Shown here: positions 50,223-62,000 of the stretch, piece after piece
How the letters are laid out: the number at the start of each line of letters is the position of its first letter
Numbering within the stretch: position 1 is the stretch's first letter
DNA from: Octopus vulgaris
Lineage: Eukaryota
Reading direction: 5' to 3'
Length of the DNA: 62,000 nt
Assembly: GCA_951406725.2 (NCBI GenBank)
Contig: OX597814.1
Location: 169,342,001-169,404,000, forward strand
Program-made: the position numbers and the translations under genes
The notes under the pieces: model-generated
Told to the model about the DNA's origin: nothing
What the model saw: only the letters and a program-made list of their open reading frames with translations
Database searches by the model: none

Positions 50223-50433
50223 GTCAGATGTTGAGCATGAAAGTAATGAGTCACTCTAGGATGAGAAGACTGGTTTGAATGCTTACAATAGAGTGGACTT
50301 TATTAATGATGCCTAAGGATCAAGTGATAAACGTTAAACTAACTACTCGATCAAGTCAAGAGGTCAACTTATTCTCCTTAATTTCTGAGTGCAGAAAGGC
50401 AAAAACAATAGACTGAAGGTTTATTTATTTGAA

Positions 50434-51481
50434 CCCTTTCGTTACCAAACCGCCCAAAGCCGTCCGAAAAAAATTTTGGTTAATGTGACCAAACCGCCCG
50501 AATTTACCTATTCATATTTAAATGAGAATATCAGAGCAAATCTCTTTAGTACATTCGTGAAAACACGTATTATACTTCGTAAACAGTTCAACTACAGTTT
50601 TGTACAATAATCGAAGTGTAATTTTAATTCCGTGAATTTTGAGAGATTTTTTTCCGAAATTTGTTCCTATTGTGTTTTCAAAATTTGTAATTCTGACAAA
50701 AAATGGATACGAATTTCATTATATCAAGCAGCTTCTACTGAAGACCTTCATAAATCTAACTCTATGACTGAAAAAAAAAAGCACATGGTATTTGATAATG
50801 AATCTGATGTTTCATTTTCCGAAAGTGAAAACAGTGAATTCGAGAGCTCCGACAGTGATAAAGAAAACGAATTGGCACCTGAATGGAGTGAAAATTTAAA
50901 AACTGTTTCTTTCGGTGATTTTTCTGAAGAAACTGGACCAAGCCACAGACTTTCCCAGAGGAGTAAAGCCTTAGACTATTTCTTTTTACTTTTTCGAATG
51001 AGCCTATTTGAAATCATTACGGCGAAAACAAACCGTTACGCTAAACGTAAACAAAGCGAAAGAAACGATAGTTTGTGGTTTCCCATAACCTTAAATGAAA
51101 TTAAGACTATTTTGCCGCAAATATTATTATGGGTATCAGAAAGTTACCCAGAATAACAAATTCTATCGTAAAATTTTGTTGTATACCCAATTGAATATTA
51201 GCTAATAACCCATTTTCTATAGCGATGTTTGAACAAAATTTTAATTTTATATATTGTTGAATTTACCTGTATCTACCTGCAATTAGAGTCACTTTGTGAC
51301 TGACAAAAATTATAGTATAGAATTGGTTGAGAACATTTCATTAAATTATCTTCCAAAAATCAGATTAATATATTGATAAATAAAAAAGTTATAGTTGTTT
51401 AATGAAACCAGACTAAATTTATGATTACGTTAGAAATTAATTGAAACACATATTTTGGTCAGAAATATAGTAACGAAAGGG
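50434..51481 (+). mobile_element. Internally deleted piggyBac element retaining the transposase N-terminus (ORF 50632-51156)
   Basis: 12-bp TIR CCCTTTCGTTAC, TGAA/TTAA flanks; acidic N-terminus then FSEETGP..ALDYFFLLF..TNRYA..W.P.T..EIK; DDD core absent. Confidence 0.88.
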
Positions 51482-51696
51482 TTAAAAAATGTGGATTGGG
51501 TTTCAAATCTTAGTTTACCTCTTTTGTAGCTGTTTCCTACACTATCACCAACCCACACCTGTTTCCAAGTAAGGCAATATTTCCCATGAGCAGTCCTGTT
51601 ATCAAGGAATATAAGGAATGAAGGACACCGCTTATATGATCGTGACACTCATTTACAACTATCGCATAATTTCAAGGCAAGTAATCACTTACACAT

Positions 51697-51745
<49 letters not shown>

Positions 51746-52142
51746 TGACAGGCTTCTTTCAGTTTCTGTCTGCCAATGTCGTCATTCACAAGGCGTTAAT
51801 CAATCTGGAGTGTTAGTAAAAAAAAACACTTGCCCAAGGTACCACACAGTGGAATTGAACCTGAAACTGTGTGGTTTAGAAAACAAAACTTCTTAGTGTA
51901 CAGCCATGCTTGCACCATGTAATTTAATAAATCAATCTTCCAATAAATTCTCATTTCTTTCCATTTCCATTTTATTTTATTTTTAAATCTCTCGTGAGAC
52001 TATTTCTGATTCTGCTGGAATATTTCTTAAATTAATGACACTTGACCATTCTATGAAATACCACAATATTGATGGTGTTAACTCCATTACATGGTTTCTA
52101 TAGGTCAGGTTTTAAATCGATATCTCTGATGGTGTTGTTCGA

Positions 52143-52190
<48 letters not shown>

Positions 52191-52837
52191 TGATAATGAT
52201 AATAATATATTATCAAAATGAGAAATTTCTAAACCTCATATCAAGTTCCATTTGATAATGTTGTCTTTGATAATAACGATGATACACTCCTTAATTAAGT
52301 TAACTTCCTTATTTTGATATTAGTGAATTCAATTTCTTTTTTTTTTTTTAGAATTATCTGATTTATCTCTCTATGTGTAATGGAACTTTCACTGACTTTC
52401 ATATGATCATATATATAGCTAACATGATGAACAAAAGCCAAAAAGGAACCGCTGCATGTTCAATAGATCTGCTTGAAATAGCAGCCAAATTTCTTTCAAA
52501 TGACACTTTGCTAGCTGAAAAAAGAAGACACATTTGCTTGTGCTGTCCAAAATAAACACTATAACTGAAAAAAATTCTTATGATGGCCATGGCTATGATG
52601 CTCCTCTGCTACTCCAGCTCATGCTCAGAGATACACATATTGTCAGCCAACAAGGGACATGCTGGACTGGTTAAGGTCAAACAGCTGACAAGCAAAGTTG
52701 TATTGAGCACAATATTTGCTCTCGTCCATCTTTTATACTAAGACAAAGCATGTACATGATAACACTTCCAATCATTTAATATCAGAAGCCATGGGAGCCA
52801 GTGCCTGGTATTTATTGCTATTATTATTATTATTATT

Positions 52838-53252
52838 CAGTAGTTTTATTTTTATAGCGTGCTTTCACTTCACTACCGAGCGCAGCTCTGTGTGCCTTGG
52901 GTATGTGCAAGAGACAACAAGTTGGAAGTTCATGTTGGTGTCATGCTTAGGGTGCCATATATTTGGTTTTGTACATAGTGTTGTTCTAGAGAATGTTTAA
53001 GAAATCATATGAAAATTATGTTTGTTTTAAAACTTGAGATTACATAGAAAGTATTTTGCGTAGGATATGAGCAGTTCCCATGAGCACTATCATTTGAATT
53101 TTTGCCATTTTGGGGTTTCCTGGTATCTGAGCCAGGTAGCAATCAGCCCCTTTTGCTATCATTCCCAGGGCACCTATGACAACAGGTATTGTTTTAGTCT
53201 TCAGGTTCCACATTTTGCTAATTTCTATTTCAAGATCTTTATATTTGCTCAG

Positions 53253-53254
<2 letters not shown>
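52838..53254 (-). mobile_element. R4/Dong-like LINE 3' fragment flanked by (AAT)n on both sides
   Basis: [31 protein letters not shown]...GTAHILRKIL RLE tail. Confidence 0.9.
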
Positions 53255-53312
<58 letters not shown>

Positions 53313-53574
53313 AATATTATTAAGCTCCTCCCTTTGACGGAGCTGCAGTCCTGCATGAAGATTAGATTGAAACTGGGAGCCTGACACTTAGAATGTTGTC
53401 AGGCACTTACAGACCTCTACCAGTCGGTCAATGGGATCAGTGGATGTTCTACTTTAGAAATTTATAGAGTATTAGTGGTGGGGAAGTGCAACAACGTTTT
53501 CAGGAAGACTCTGGCTGGCAACAAAAATGAACTGGCTAGTCTGCTCCAGAGGACTTTCTGGTCAGAACTACCAT

Positions 53575-53790
53575 GGCAAGCTGGCAGAAATGTTAGCATG
53601 CCATGCGAAATGCTTAGAGGTATTTCATCTGTCTTTACGTTCTGAGTTCAAATTCCGCCAAGGTCGACTTTGCCTTTCATCCTTTTGGGGTTGATAAATT
53701 AAGTACCAGTTATGCACTGGGTTCGATGTAATCGACTTAATCCCTTTGTCTGTCCTTGTTTAGCCCCTTGTGGGCAATAAAAAAATAAGG
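53575..53790 (+). mobile_element. SINE family B
   Basis: Meta-like core. Confidence 0.88.
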
Positions 53791-53814
53791 AACTACCACG
53801 GATAATTTCCAGAT

Positions 53815-54596
53815 GTCCTTGAACTGGCAGTGCTACCAGGGGGCACTACCAGCTCAAGATAATCTCTACTGGCATGGATGTGCTATCAGACAGGCTTGTC
53901 CAAGGTGCTCGCAGAGTGATGAAATTGTTCTGCTTGCACTCATTCAGTGTCTGGGCATTGCTGACTTGTGGGTTATGTCAAACAGCTGCTATCACATGTG
54001 GGATGGATCCATCTATCAGTCGAGTCTGTAGTAATGGTTTCCCTACCTACCTCCTTCAATCAGGCAGGCAAGGCAGTTTTCCTTTGCTTAGTGGCTGTGG
54101 TAAAAGAGGTTGTTTGGTGGACAAGGCTGAAAGGCACGAGAACAGATACATTCCTCTTTGGTAGAGCTCTCACTGACTTCTTCAAGTTTCACTTGAAAAA
54201 AAATTGTGAGTGGAGCGAGAAGTGCTGTCTTCAAGTGAGTTTATTGAAAGATGGGTGAAAGTTGTGAAAAATGGCAAGAGTGGGGGAGTCAGAGAGAAGG
54301 AATTGGAGTGGACACTTGCTCTTGGTGTTCAGGGAAATCTCAGATAGTGGGGTTGCTCGATTATCCCTAAAGGTCATTCTGTATAAGGAAGGCTATCATC
54401 CTCTCCTCACTTTTGTTTTTATCCTTTGTATACTGTGTATATGTCTCTTCCCTTTCATTGTATACAGTGTATACTTACTTTTTTTATAAATATTTTATCA
54501 TTTCATCATATGTAAATCCCCATATTTTATGTCTGTCTTTGTATTGTACCCTTCATCCTTCACCCTGGTGGCAAATAAATGAAATCATTATCATTG

Positions 54597-54600
<4 letters not shown>
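53815..54600 (+). mobile_element. Tx1/L1-like LINE 3' fragment
   Basis: ALP..D.LY.HG, CPRC-x8-(H>L)-x4-C finger, KEVVWWTRLKG; 3' UTR ends AATAAATGAAAT(CAT/ATT)n. Confidence 0.75.
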
Positions 54601-54646
<46 letters not shown>

Positions 54647-56830
54647 TTCCTTATTTCTTGCCAGGTGTCTGTATCATTGGTAGGCCATTGAAATAAACAC
54701 ACCAGATTGTTCATTTACAAAGTCATGTGATAGATAAAAAGGGGAAGAAAGACAGAGAGAAAAAGGAAAAAATAAAAAATAAAAAGGTAAGCAAAGAAAA
54801 TAAAGGAAAGAAAATTCACTGCGACAATGCTCTTTTCAGTACATGCAATGAACCAGTTGAGACAATCTTTTGTACTTCCTGCATGGATGATAAACCAGGA
54901 ATCATTCTTAAATAACTTTCAGTTCCTTTTTTGATCATTGCAAGTGCTCCTATAATCACTGGTATTGTAGCTGCCTTGAGATGCCTCAGTTTTTCAAATT
55001 CAATCAACAGATCTTTATATTGTATAAGCTTATCAAATTCTTTTGCTGAGATATTATGGTTACAGGAATTACTCATGTCAATCAATGAACAAACTTTATT
55101 GTTTTGGTCTTTCACAACAATATCTGGTTTATTTGCTTTGATGATCCAGTCTGTACATACTGGAAAGTCTCAAAAAATTGTTACATTTTCTCTCTCAGTT
55201 ACAGCCTCAAGGTGGTGCTTGTGCCATTTGTCAGTAGTTTTCATTTCAAAATGCCGACACATTATCCTATGTAGATATTAGTCACCTCTGTCATGTCTTG
55301 ATTTGTACTCTACAGGTGCGAAAACCTTACACCTAAAGATTAGGTGGTCTACTGTTTCAATCCCATCATTGCTGTATTGGCACTTTGGATCTTTTCCATT
55401 TTTCATCACACTGGCTTGATAGTTCCAGGTCAATAACCTCTAATCTTGAGTAGCCAAGATAAAAACCTTCACTCTCTGCCTTTAGGCCTGAGCTCTGTAG
55501 CCACTGATGGGTCTGTTTCAGGTCTACATTAGCTTGTTTGTTATGGACCACATATTTGCATGCAGAGGCTTTTGTTCCCACTTATCAGCCAATTATTCAA
55601 ATGCATTTTGCTTTGCTATTGATTTCACCTTCTTTGCAACTATACATGAAAATTTTTTTGCTCTCCTTCGTAACAGAATGAAGCTTATTTCTTTCATGGG
55701 TTTCAACAAACTTTAACATCCAATTGTTAGATGTTTCAAGATATTTTGCCGGTCCAATAGCTCTGGGTAGGTAAAGATGATTTGTATCTGCCTTTGGGTG
55801 GTGCATCTTATTGCAAGTCAGCAGCTTACAAATTTTCGTGTCAATCTTCCTTATTTCACTCATATTCCAGTTCAACACATTGAAACTGTAAATAACAACT
55901 GGAACTGCTAAAGAATTTATAGCCAACACCTTGTTACGTGAATTTAACTCGGATTTTAGGACTGCTCAAACTCTCCTGTAACATTCCTTCCTGATCTTCT
56001 CTTTCATGCTTGATGCTGAATGCCAGAGCCCTAATTTATTCCGAGGTATTTGTAAGTTTGTTCCTGCTCAAGTTCTTTTATGTCTGTGTCAACATCTAAC
56101 ACCACTGAATGTGAGGTCTTCAATTTACCTTCCTGGAAAGTGGATTTGGCACATTTATCAAAACCAAATTCCATCCAGATGTCATCACTGAATGCTTTTA
56201 CAATATGTAGTAGTCCTTTAAGCTCATTATCACCTTTGCCATAGAGTTTTAAGTCATCCATATAAAATAGATGACTTATTTTCTTGTCGCCAATTTTATA
56301 TTCATACCCTGTTCTGTTAAGGTCCCTTGAAAGGCGTATTACGGCTCTACAGAAAATTAAAGGTGAAAGTGAGTCACCTTGGGAAATGCTGCAGTTAATA
56401 TTAATATTTTTTGTGATCAGTACTCCATTAGAATGATATAATTGGAGATTTGTATTCCACATTGACATATTGTGCTTCAGGAAGTTTGAAATCATAGGAG
56501 AAATTTTGAAGATATCCAGCAATTTCAAGATGCTTGAATGCAGTATGTTGCCAAAGGCCATTTTATAGTCAATCCATGTGGAACTGAGATTTCTGCATTT
56601 GTTATAACAGTTCTCAAGGATCATGCGATTTTGCATCCATATGAGTCTCACTGGCACCCTTTTTCTTCAGTGGGGAAAATATTGTTCTGTTCCATAAATT
56701 TATGTGTTTTCTCCATGAGGATGGATGTTGAAGTTTTATATGTCGCAGATAGACATGTTATAGGTTAATAGTTTTGGGAAAATTTTGTTTCATTATTCTG
56801 CAAGAGGTAAGTAATACCTCTTGCTAACCA
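54647..56830 (-). mobile_element. Decayed R4/Dong-like LINE (RT to RLE)
   Basis: NY.PITCL, WIDYKMAF, QGDSLSPLIF, HLFYMDDLKLY, LKAESEGF, KYKDL..IPVIIGAL; 3' end abuts (AAT)n. Confidence 0.92.
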
Positions 56831-56844
56831 ATCAAGTGTTTTTT

Positions 56845-57040
56845 TTAACCTTTGTATACTGTGTATATGACCCTTCTCTTTCATTTTATACAGTGTATAC
56901 TTACTTTTTTTTTATAATTATTTTATCATTTCATCATATGTAAATCCCCATATCTTATGTCTGTCTTTGTATTGTACTCCTCATCCTTCACCCTGGTGGC
57001 AAATAAATGAAATCATTATTATCATCATCATCATCATCAT
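56845..57040 (+). mobile_element. Second copy of the Tx1-like 3' UTR
   Basis: About 90% similar to 54415-54600. Confidence 0.85.
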
Positions 57041-57221
57041 TAAAGTCAAAATTAAAAGAAGAGTGCCATTGTCATCTAGTGAAGGATATTTCAACATTTT
57101 GTGTGTCTTCAACATGCTCAAAAAATAATTTTGTCAATCTACTTCATTTTGGTTTATATATAAGTAACTCCTCCAGAAGATAAAAATTAAAAGAAGAGCG
57201 CCATTGTCATCTAGTGAACGA

Positions 57222-57285
<64 letters not shown>

Positions 57286-57287
<2 letters not shown>

Positions 57288-57851
57288 ACATTTGATAGTT
57301 TCAGGCAAATTTCTACTGCATCACCTGCTACACTTCTGTATTGCTGGGATGTGTGCAGCATTGTATGTTCTCTTCTGTTTTTAGGGGAGTGCATACTCTT
57401 CCTGATATGGTATTGCATGCATTTGTTTTGTTATGGGGCCTGGTTGTCATGTTTTGTTGCATTAGCATTTGTATTGTGTTGTGTATGTAATGCAAGCTAT
57501 TTTCTTCTGTTGGGTATCTATATATCCTGTAGAGTACATGTTGTGGTGGTTATATATTTTATTAGATATTTACTGCATAGAGTGGGTCTTGTTTTTGTGG
57601 ATTGTTTTGTTTGGGTAATATTATTGAATTGATAGTGTCTTGCGTAGGATGTGGGCTGTTGCTACCAGGGCTATTTTTTGGATAGTGTGTAGTGTTGAGG
57701 GTCCAGGTATAGTTTCTACATTTTTGTCCATGTGTTTTTTTATCATACTCAATGTTCCATTATTACGGTTATTGTTTTCACCTTCATGCCCCACAGCTTG
57801 AATACTTCAATTTAGAGGTCTTTATACTTTGACAATTTCTCTACTTCTTTT
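57286..57851 (-). mobile_element. R4/Dong-like LINE 3' fragment
   Basis: [14 protein letters not shown]...TAHILRKTLSIQ*; 3' end abuts (AAT)n at 57221-57285. Confidence 0.85.
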
Positions 57852-57870
57852 TGGTCAGAAGGGACTGCAA

Positions 57871-57971
<101 letters not shown>

Positions 57972-58169
57972 GCCTGTCTGCCTATCTGCCTGCCTGCCTG
58001 TCTGTCTGCCTGCCTGCCTGTCCGTCCATCCATCCGGCCGGCCGGTCAGCCAGCCAGTCATCATCATCATCATCATCATCATCATTATTATTATTATTTT
58101 TATTATTATTATTATTATCTTATAATAATTCTGCTTGCCATTACATTACTTAGCCTGTCAGAAACGCTT

Positions 58170-58960
58170 TCACATGATTAGAGAAAAAGAGGGAGACAGA
58201 AAAGAGAGAGAGAAAAAAAGGAAGGGGAAAAAGAGGGAGGGAGAAAAAGAGGGAAGAAGAAAAAGAGGGAGGGAGAAAAAGAGGGAAGAAGAAAAAGAGG
58301 GAGGGAGAAAAAGTGGGAGAGAGAAAACTGGGAGAGAGAAACATCCATAATGTGAAGTAGAGAGAATGTAATTGTAATGCTTCCATATGATTGGTTGAAG
58401 GGAAAGAGAGGAGAAAGAAAAAAGAGAGAGTGAAAAAGAGGATAAGGCGAAGGGTGAAAGAGGGAGTAAGAGAAAGAGGTAGAGAGAAGCATCCATGACA
58501 TGAGGTAAGGAGGAATGTAATATCTACTATGTGGTTAAAAAAGTTAGTTGAAAGTAAAGGAGGAGAGTTAAAAATACAGTTTTAGCAGAAGTATGATATT
58601 TTGATGGTAAGATTAAAGAAAGGCACACAGAGAGAGTGAGGGAGAGAGAGAGAGGAGAAAGAGAGGGGGGGAAGAGAGAGAAGAGAGAGGGAGAGAGAGA
58701 GGAGAGATGGGAGTGAAAGAGAGAGGAGAAAGAGAGGAGGGGAAGAGAGAGGAGAGAGAGGGAGAGAAAGGAGAAAGAGAGGAGTGGAAGAGAGAGGAGA
58801 GAGGGAGAGAAAGGAGAAAGAGAGGAGGGGAAGAGAGAGGAGATAGGGAGAGAAAGGAGAAAGAGAGGAGGGGAAGAGAGAGGAGAGAGAGGAGTGAAAG
58901 AGAGAGGAGAAAGAGAGGAAGAGAGGAGAGAGAGGAGGAAGGGAGAAAGAGAGAGATGGT
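58170..58960 (+). repeat. Polypurine (GA-rich) low-complexity tract with ~20-40-bp sub-repeats
   Basis: Direct reading. Confidence 0.9.
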
Positions 58961-59447
58961 GATGGTTGTAGTGGTGGTGGTGGTTGTGGTGGAGGTGGTG
59001 GTGATTGGATAGTGAAAAGTGTAGTTTTTTTAAAGAATTGAACTAAGTTTTTTTTTTTATATCACCTATCACTTAATGCATGTGCATAAGTGCAATTCCA
59101 TGAAATATTCAAGATTATTTGCATGGCAGATATATGCAATTTAACTAAAGGTTGTATCATATGTATAGGATATTTATTTTGTTCATGGGAAAAATGGAAA
59201 AATAAGAGTGAATATATATTTTACGAGCACTGTATTTTAAGTCTATAAAATTGTATATAAGTATATAAAATGTATAAATAAAATACATAAAGTAATCATT
59301 ATGAGTAGAAGATGAGTGACTATCTTCCCATACAGACACATAACAGGCTACGCTTTCAGGTTTTTTGGATAAAGTTTTCAGAAATAACCCAATAGGTTTA
59401 CCCTTAATTCTGTGAAATATCCATGGGTCCCGCTAGTTATTACTATT

Positions 59448-60200
59448 ATGCTGGTGCATGCTAATTTAGTTAGCAAGTATTTTATCTTGCAGTCTGGTAA
59501 CAACAAGTCCCCTCAAATCTCAGGAATTTTTCTTAGGATTCTTGCAGAATATAGTATGGTAATTTTCAGCAGGTCAACCTTTTGAGTTTCAATTTCAATT
59601 TCTATCAGTCTTTTTGGTAGCATTTTGGGTGTTGTGCCAAATGCACCTATTATTACAGGAATAATTGTTATCTTGGTCTTCTACAATCTCCTTAGTTCTC
59701 TAGCTAGATCCTGTTATTTCTTATTTTTTTCCATTTCTCTGGAATCAATTCTGTTATCATAGGGAATTGCAAAATATATAATCTTGTATTGTTTGTTTAT
59801 TTTGTCCTTTATAATTCTGTCTGGCCTTCTTGCTTCAATAGTATGGCCAGCCGTTATGGCAAAATCCCACCAGATCTTGTAACTCTCATTGGTTCGTGCT
59901 CATACCTCTTTCCTGTTGTTTTGAAGCCACATACTCAACTAAGAATCCAATGCACTCTTTTGCCTACAAACTCATGCCTGTGCTTGTATTCTTTTTGTGC
60001 TACTAAACTGCACTCACTCAAAAGATGATTGATATTTTCATCACCTTTTCTACAGATTCTACATTTGCTGTCTGACTGAGTTTTGTTGATCTTTGCTTTA
60101 TCAGGTTTATTCTAAGGGCTTGTTCCTGAGCAGCTGTAATTAGTCTTTCTGTTTCACATTTCAAATGCCTGTTGGTCAACCAAAGCGGGCTTTACTTTAC
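59448..60200 (-). mobile_element. R4/Dong-like LINE fragment (CCHC plus RLE), a different subfamily
   Basis: LKCETERLITAAQEQALR, CRICR..ENINHLLSEC, HTIEARRPD, IPVIIGAFGTTPK. Confidence 0.85.
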
Positions 60201-60540
60201 TGGCAATTGCACCTTTGTATATCCATAGCTTGCTCTAGGTACACAAGTATGGAATTTCTACCTCTACCTTTTCTATATATCAAGCAGGATCATTTTCTTG
60301 AAGGAAGCAGAATCCCATGTTTTCCTACATATTAGACCTTTGGTCTTTGCTAGGTTAACTTTAAGGCTTTTTGGTCCCAGGTTTCCTTTTACAACTGAAA
60401 TTTTTTCCTAATTCTATAACAGGAAGCGGGGCATTAGCCCATAGCTGTTTCCTAGGATAACCAGACTTAAATTCCTGTGTTATGTTCTGCAGACCTATAA
60501 TAAATAAACAGGATCTGAGAACTAAACGTTGGTAAACTAA
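60200..60540 (-). pseudogene. Old RTE RT fragment (motifs 4-6 plus PHD-like insert)
   Basis: LFII.LQNITQEFKSG, LKVNLAKTK, RKG.GRNSI..QRC align to the 36063-37994 ORF. Confidence 0.75.
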
Positions 60541-60546
60541 TTCACA

Positions 60547-60824
60547 CTGTTGTGTCTGGGGAGAGTCATTTTCTTTTTGTGTCTTATAATGTAACACACT
60601 CACAGGTAAAATTTCCACTTATTTCTTATTTTTATTTTCCTAAAATTTTCGTTGCATCTTGCCACCTTTTCAATAGTCAAGACAATAGTCAAGACTATTG
60701 AAAAGATTGCAAGACACAACGAAAATTTTAGGAAAATAAAAATAAGAAATAAGTGGAAATTTTACCGGTGAGTGTGTTAAATTATAAAGCACAAAAAGAA
60801 AATGACTCTCCCCAGACACAACAG
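60547..60824. repeat. ~130-bp inverted repeat (60547-60678 / 60693-60824), probably an inverted Penelope-type terminus
   Basis: Arms about 90% complementary; right arm continues into related repeat to ~61060. Confidence 0.88.
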
Positions 60825-61365
60825 AATATGCTTCAACACACAAACTCATATGAAGAATCTTGCAAACCAAATCCAAAAACGAAATAATTCACACTAATTT
60901 ACTGCTATATTCATTACAAATTCTCACCTTACTGATGACACCCCTGTATATGGTTTGCATGGCTCTCCCAAGTCTTTGATCTTACTCTCTTGGTTTTTCA
61001 GTGACCACCAGATCACAGAGCGAGGAAGATTTGGTGATTTTTTTTTGTAAATTAACTTTTTCTAGAACTACAGTTATGGAAATTTAAAATAAAAAAAATT
61101 AAATTGAACTTCATAACTCCCCTGCCCCACCCTCCTTCTCTCACTACACACACACTTCAGCAATGTAGCTATACACATGCTGTGGGCGACTCCTTTCCCT
61201 TCTTTGAACTTTTCCCTTCCTCCTTCCTGATGAAGTGCAATGCTCGAAACATCAAAAACTCTATCTTTCTACTAAACGTCAAACTAATATATTCCTTGCG
61301 CATGTCCTCTTGTTGTCTGTCAATTTCATCATTCGTTTGTATTGAAATGATTATTTATATGAATT

Positions 61366-61418
<53 letters not shown>

Positions 61419-61590
61419 TAGGTTAATTGAGTTAGAGGTGAAAATAACCATCTAAGGGATAGAAGTATCCATTACACTACTGGTGTATTACCTATATTTA
61501 CCATAGGCATACATATGCAAACACATTACACTCATAAATTATAGGTAAAGACAAGGATAATACATGGGTTTATCAAGAATCAAAATTTAA

Positions 61591-61758
61591 AGAAAACAGA
61601 AAATCGAGAAGTACTAATGAACCACAATTGACTTACATCAATTATTATTTATTAATTCAATGCAAAGAGACAGGAAATGGATGGGATGCAATCTATTTGC
61701 ATTGAATTAATAAATAATAATTGTTGTTCATCAGTACTTCTCCATTTTCTGTTTTCTT
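61591..61758. repeat. ~65-bp imperfect inverted repeat (MITE-like)
   Basis: AGAAAACAGAAAAT...TTAATTCAATGCAAA / TTTGCATTGAATTAA...ATTTTCTGTTTTCT. Confidence 0.75.
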
Positions 61759-61799
61759 CATATATATATATATGTGTGTGTGCGTGTGTATATATATGT

Positions 61800-61830
<31 letters not shown>

Positions 61831-62000
61831 CATAAATATATAAATATATAGAGAGAGGGGCATATAAGCTCTCTATAACTGGAGGTAGGAAACAAACCTT
61901 TTAAGTATTATTGCTCTAATTTTTAAAGTGTGCTTCAGTTTGGATTTATAAACTAATGAGTGATTGTGTGTGTGTGTGTGTGTTTATATATATATAAGAG

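Overview
AT-rich, repeat-dominated eukaryotic genomic DNA. The SINE, MITE and microsatellite families look like those of an Octopus-type coleoid cephalopod; this is recognition from memory, not a database result. There is no prokaryotic content and no CRISPR array. The only long intact ORF is a 5'-truncated RTE-clade LINE reverse transcriptase (36063-37994, minus strand). It carries a PHD-like Cys/His insert between RT motifs 6 and 7 and a ~1.6 kb 3' region built from reiterated modules. The rest of the window contains: dozens of tRNA-derived SINE copies (about 4 families) and short RTE 3' ends; five decayed restriction-like-endonuclease (R4/Dong-type) LINE pieces anchored in (AAT)n or (TACA)n microsatellites; Tx1/L1, BovB-like and Penelope fragments; piggyBac, mariner, maT and Tigger-like derivatives; Helitron/Helentron non-autonomous elements; several long foldback hairpins; a 28-bp minisatellite; and hammerhead-ribozyme-like motifs at Penelope-type termini. 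Small candidate host exons with plausible splice sites occur on both strands, with a CpG-rich promoter-like zone at ~17.8-22.3 kb, but no host gene could be named. Coordinates were read by eye, and repeat edges are approximate.
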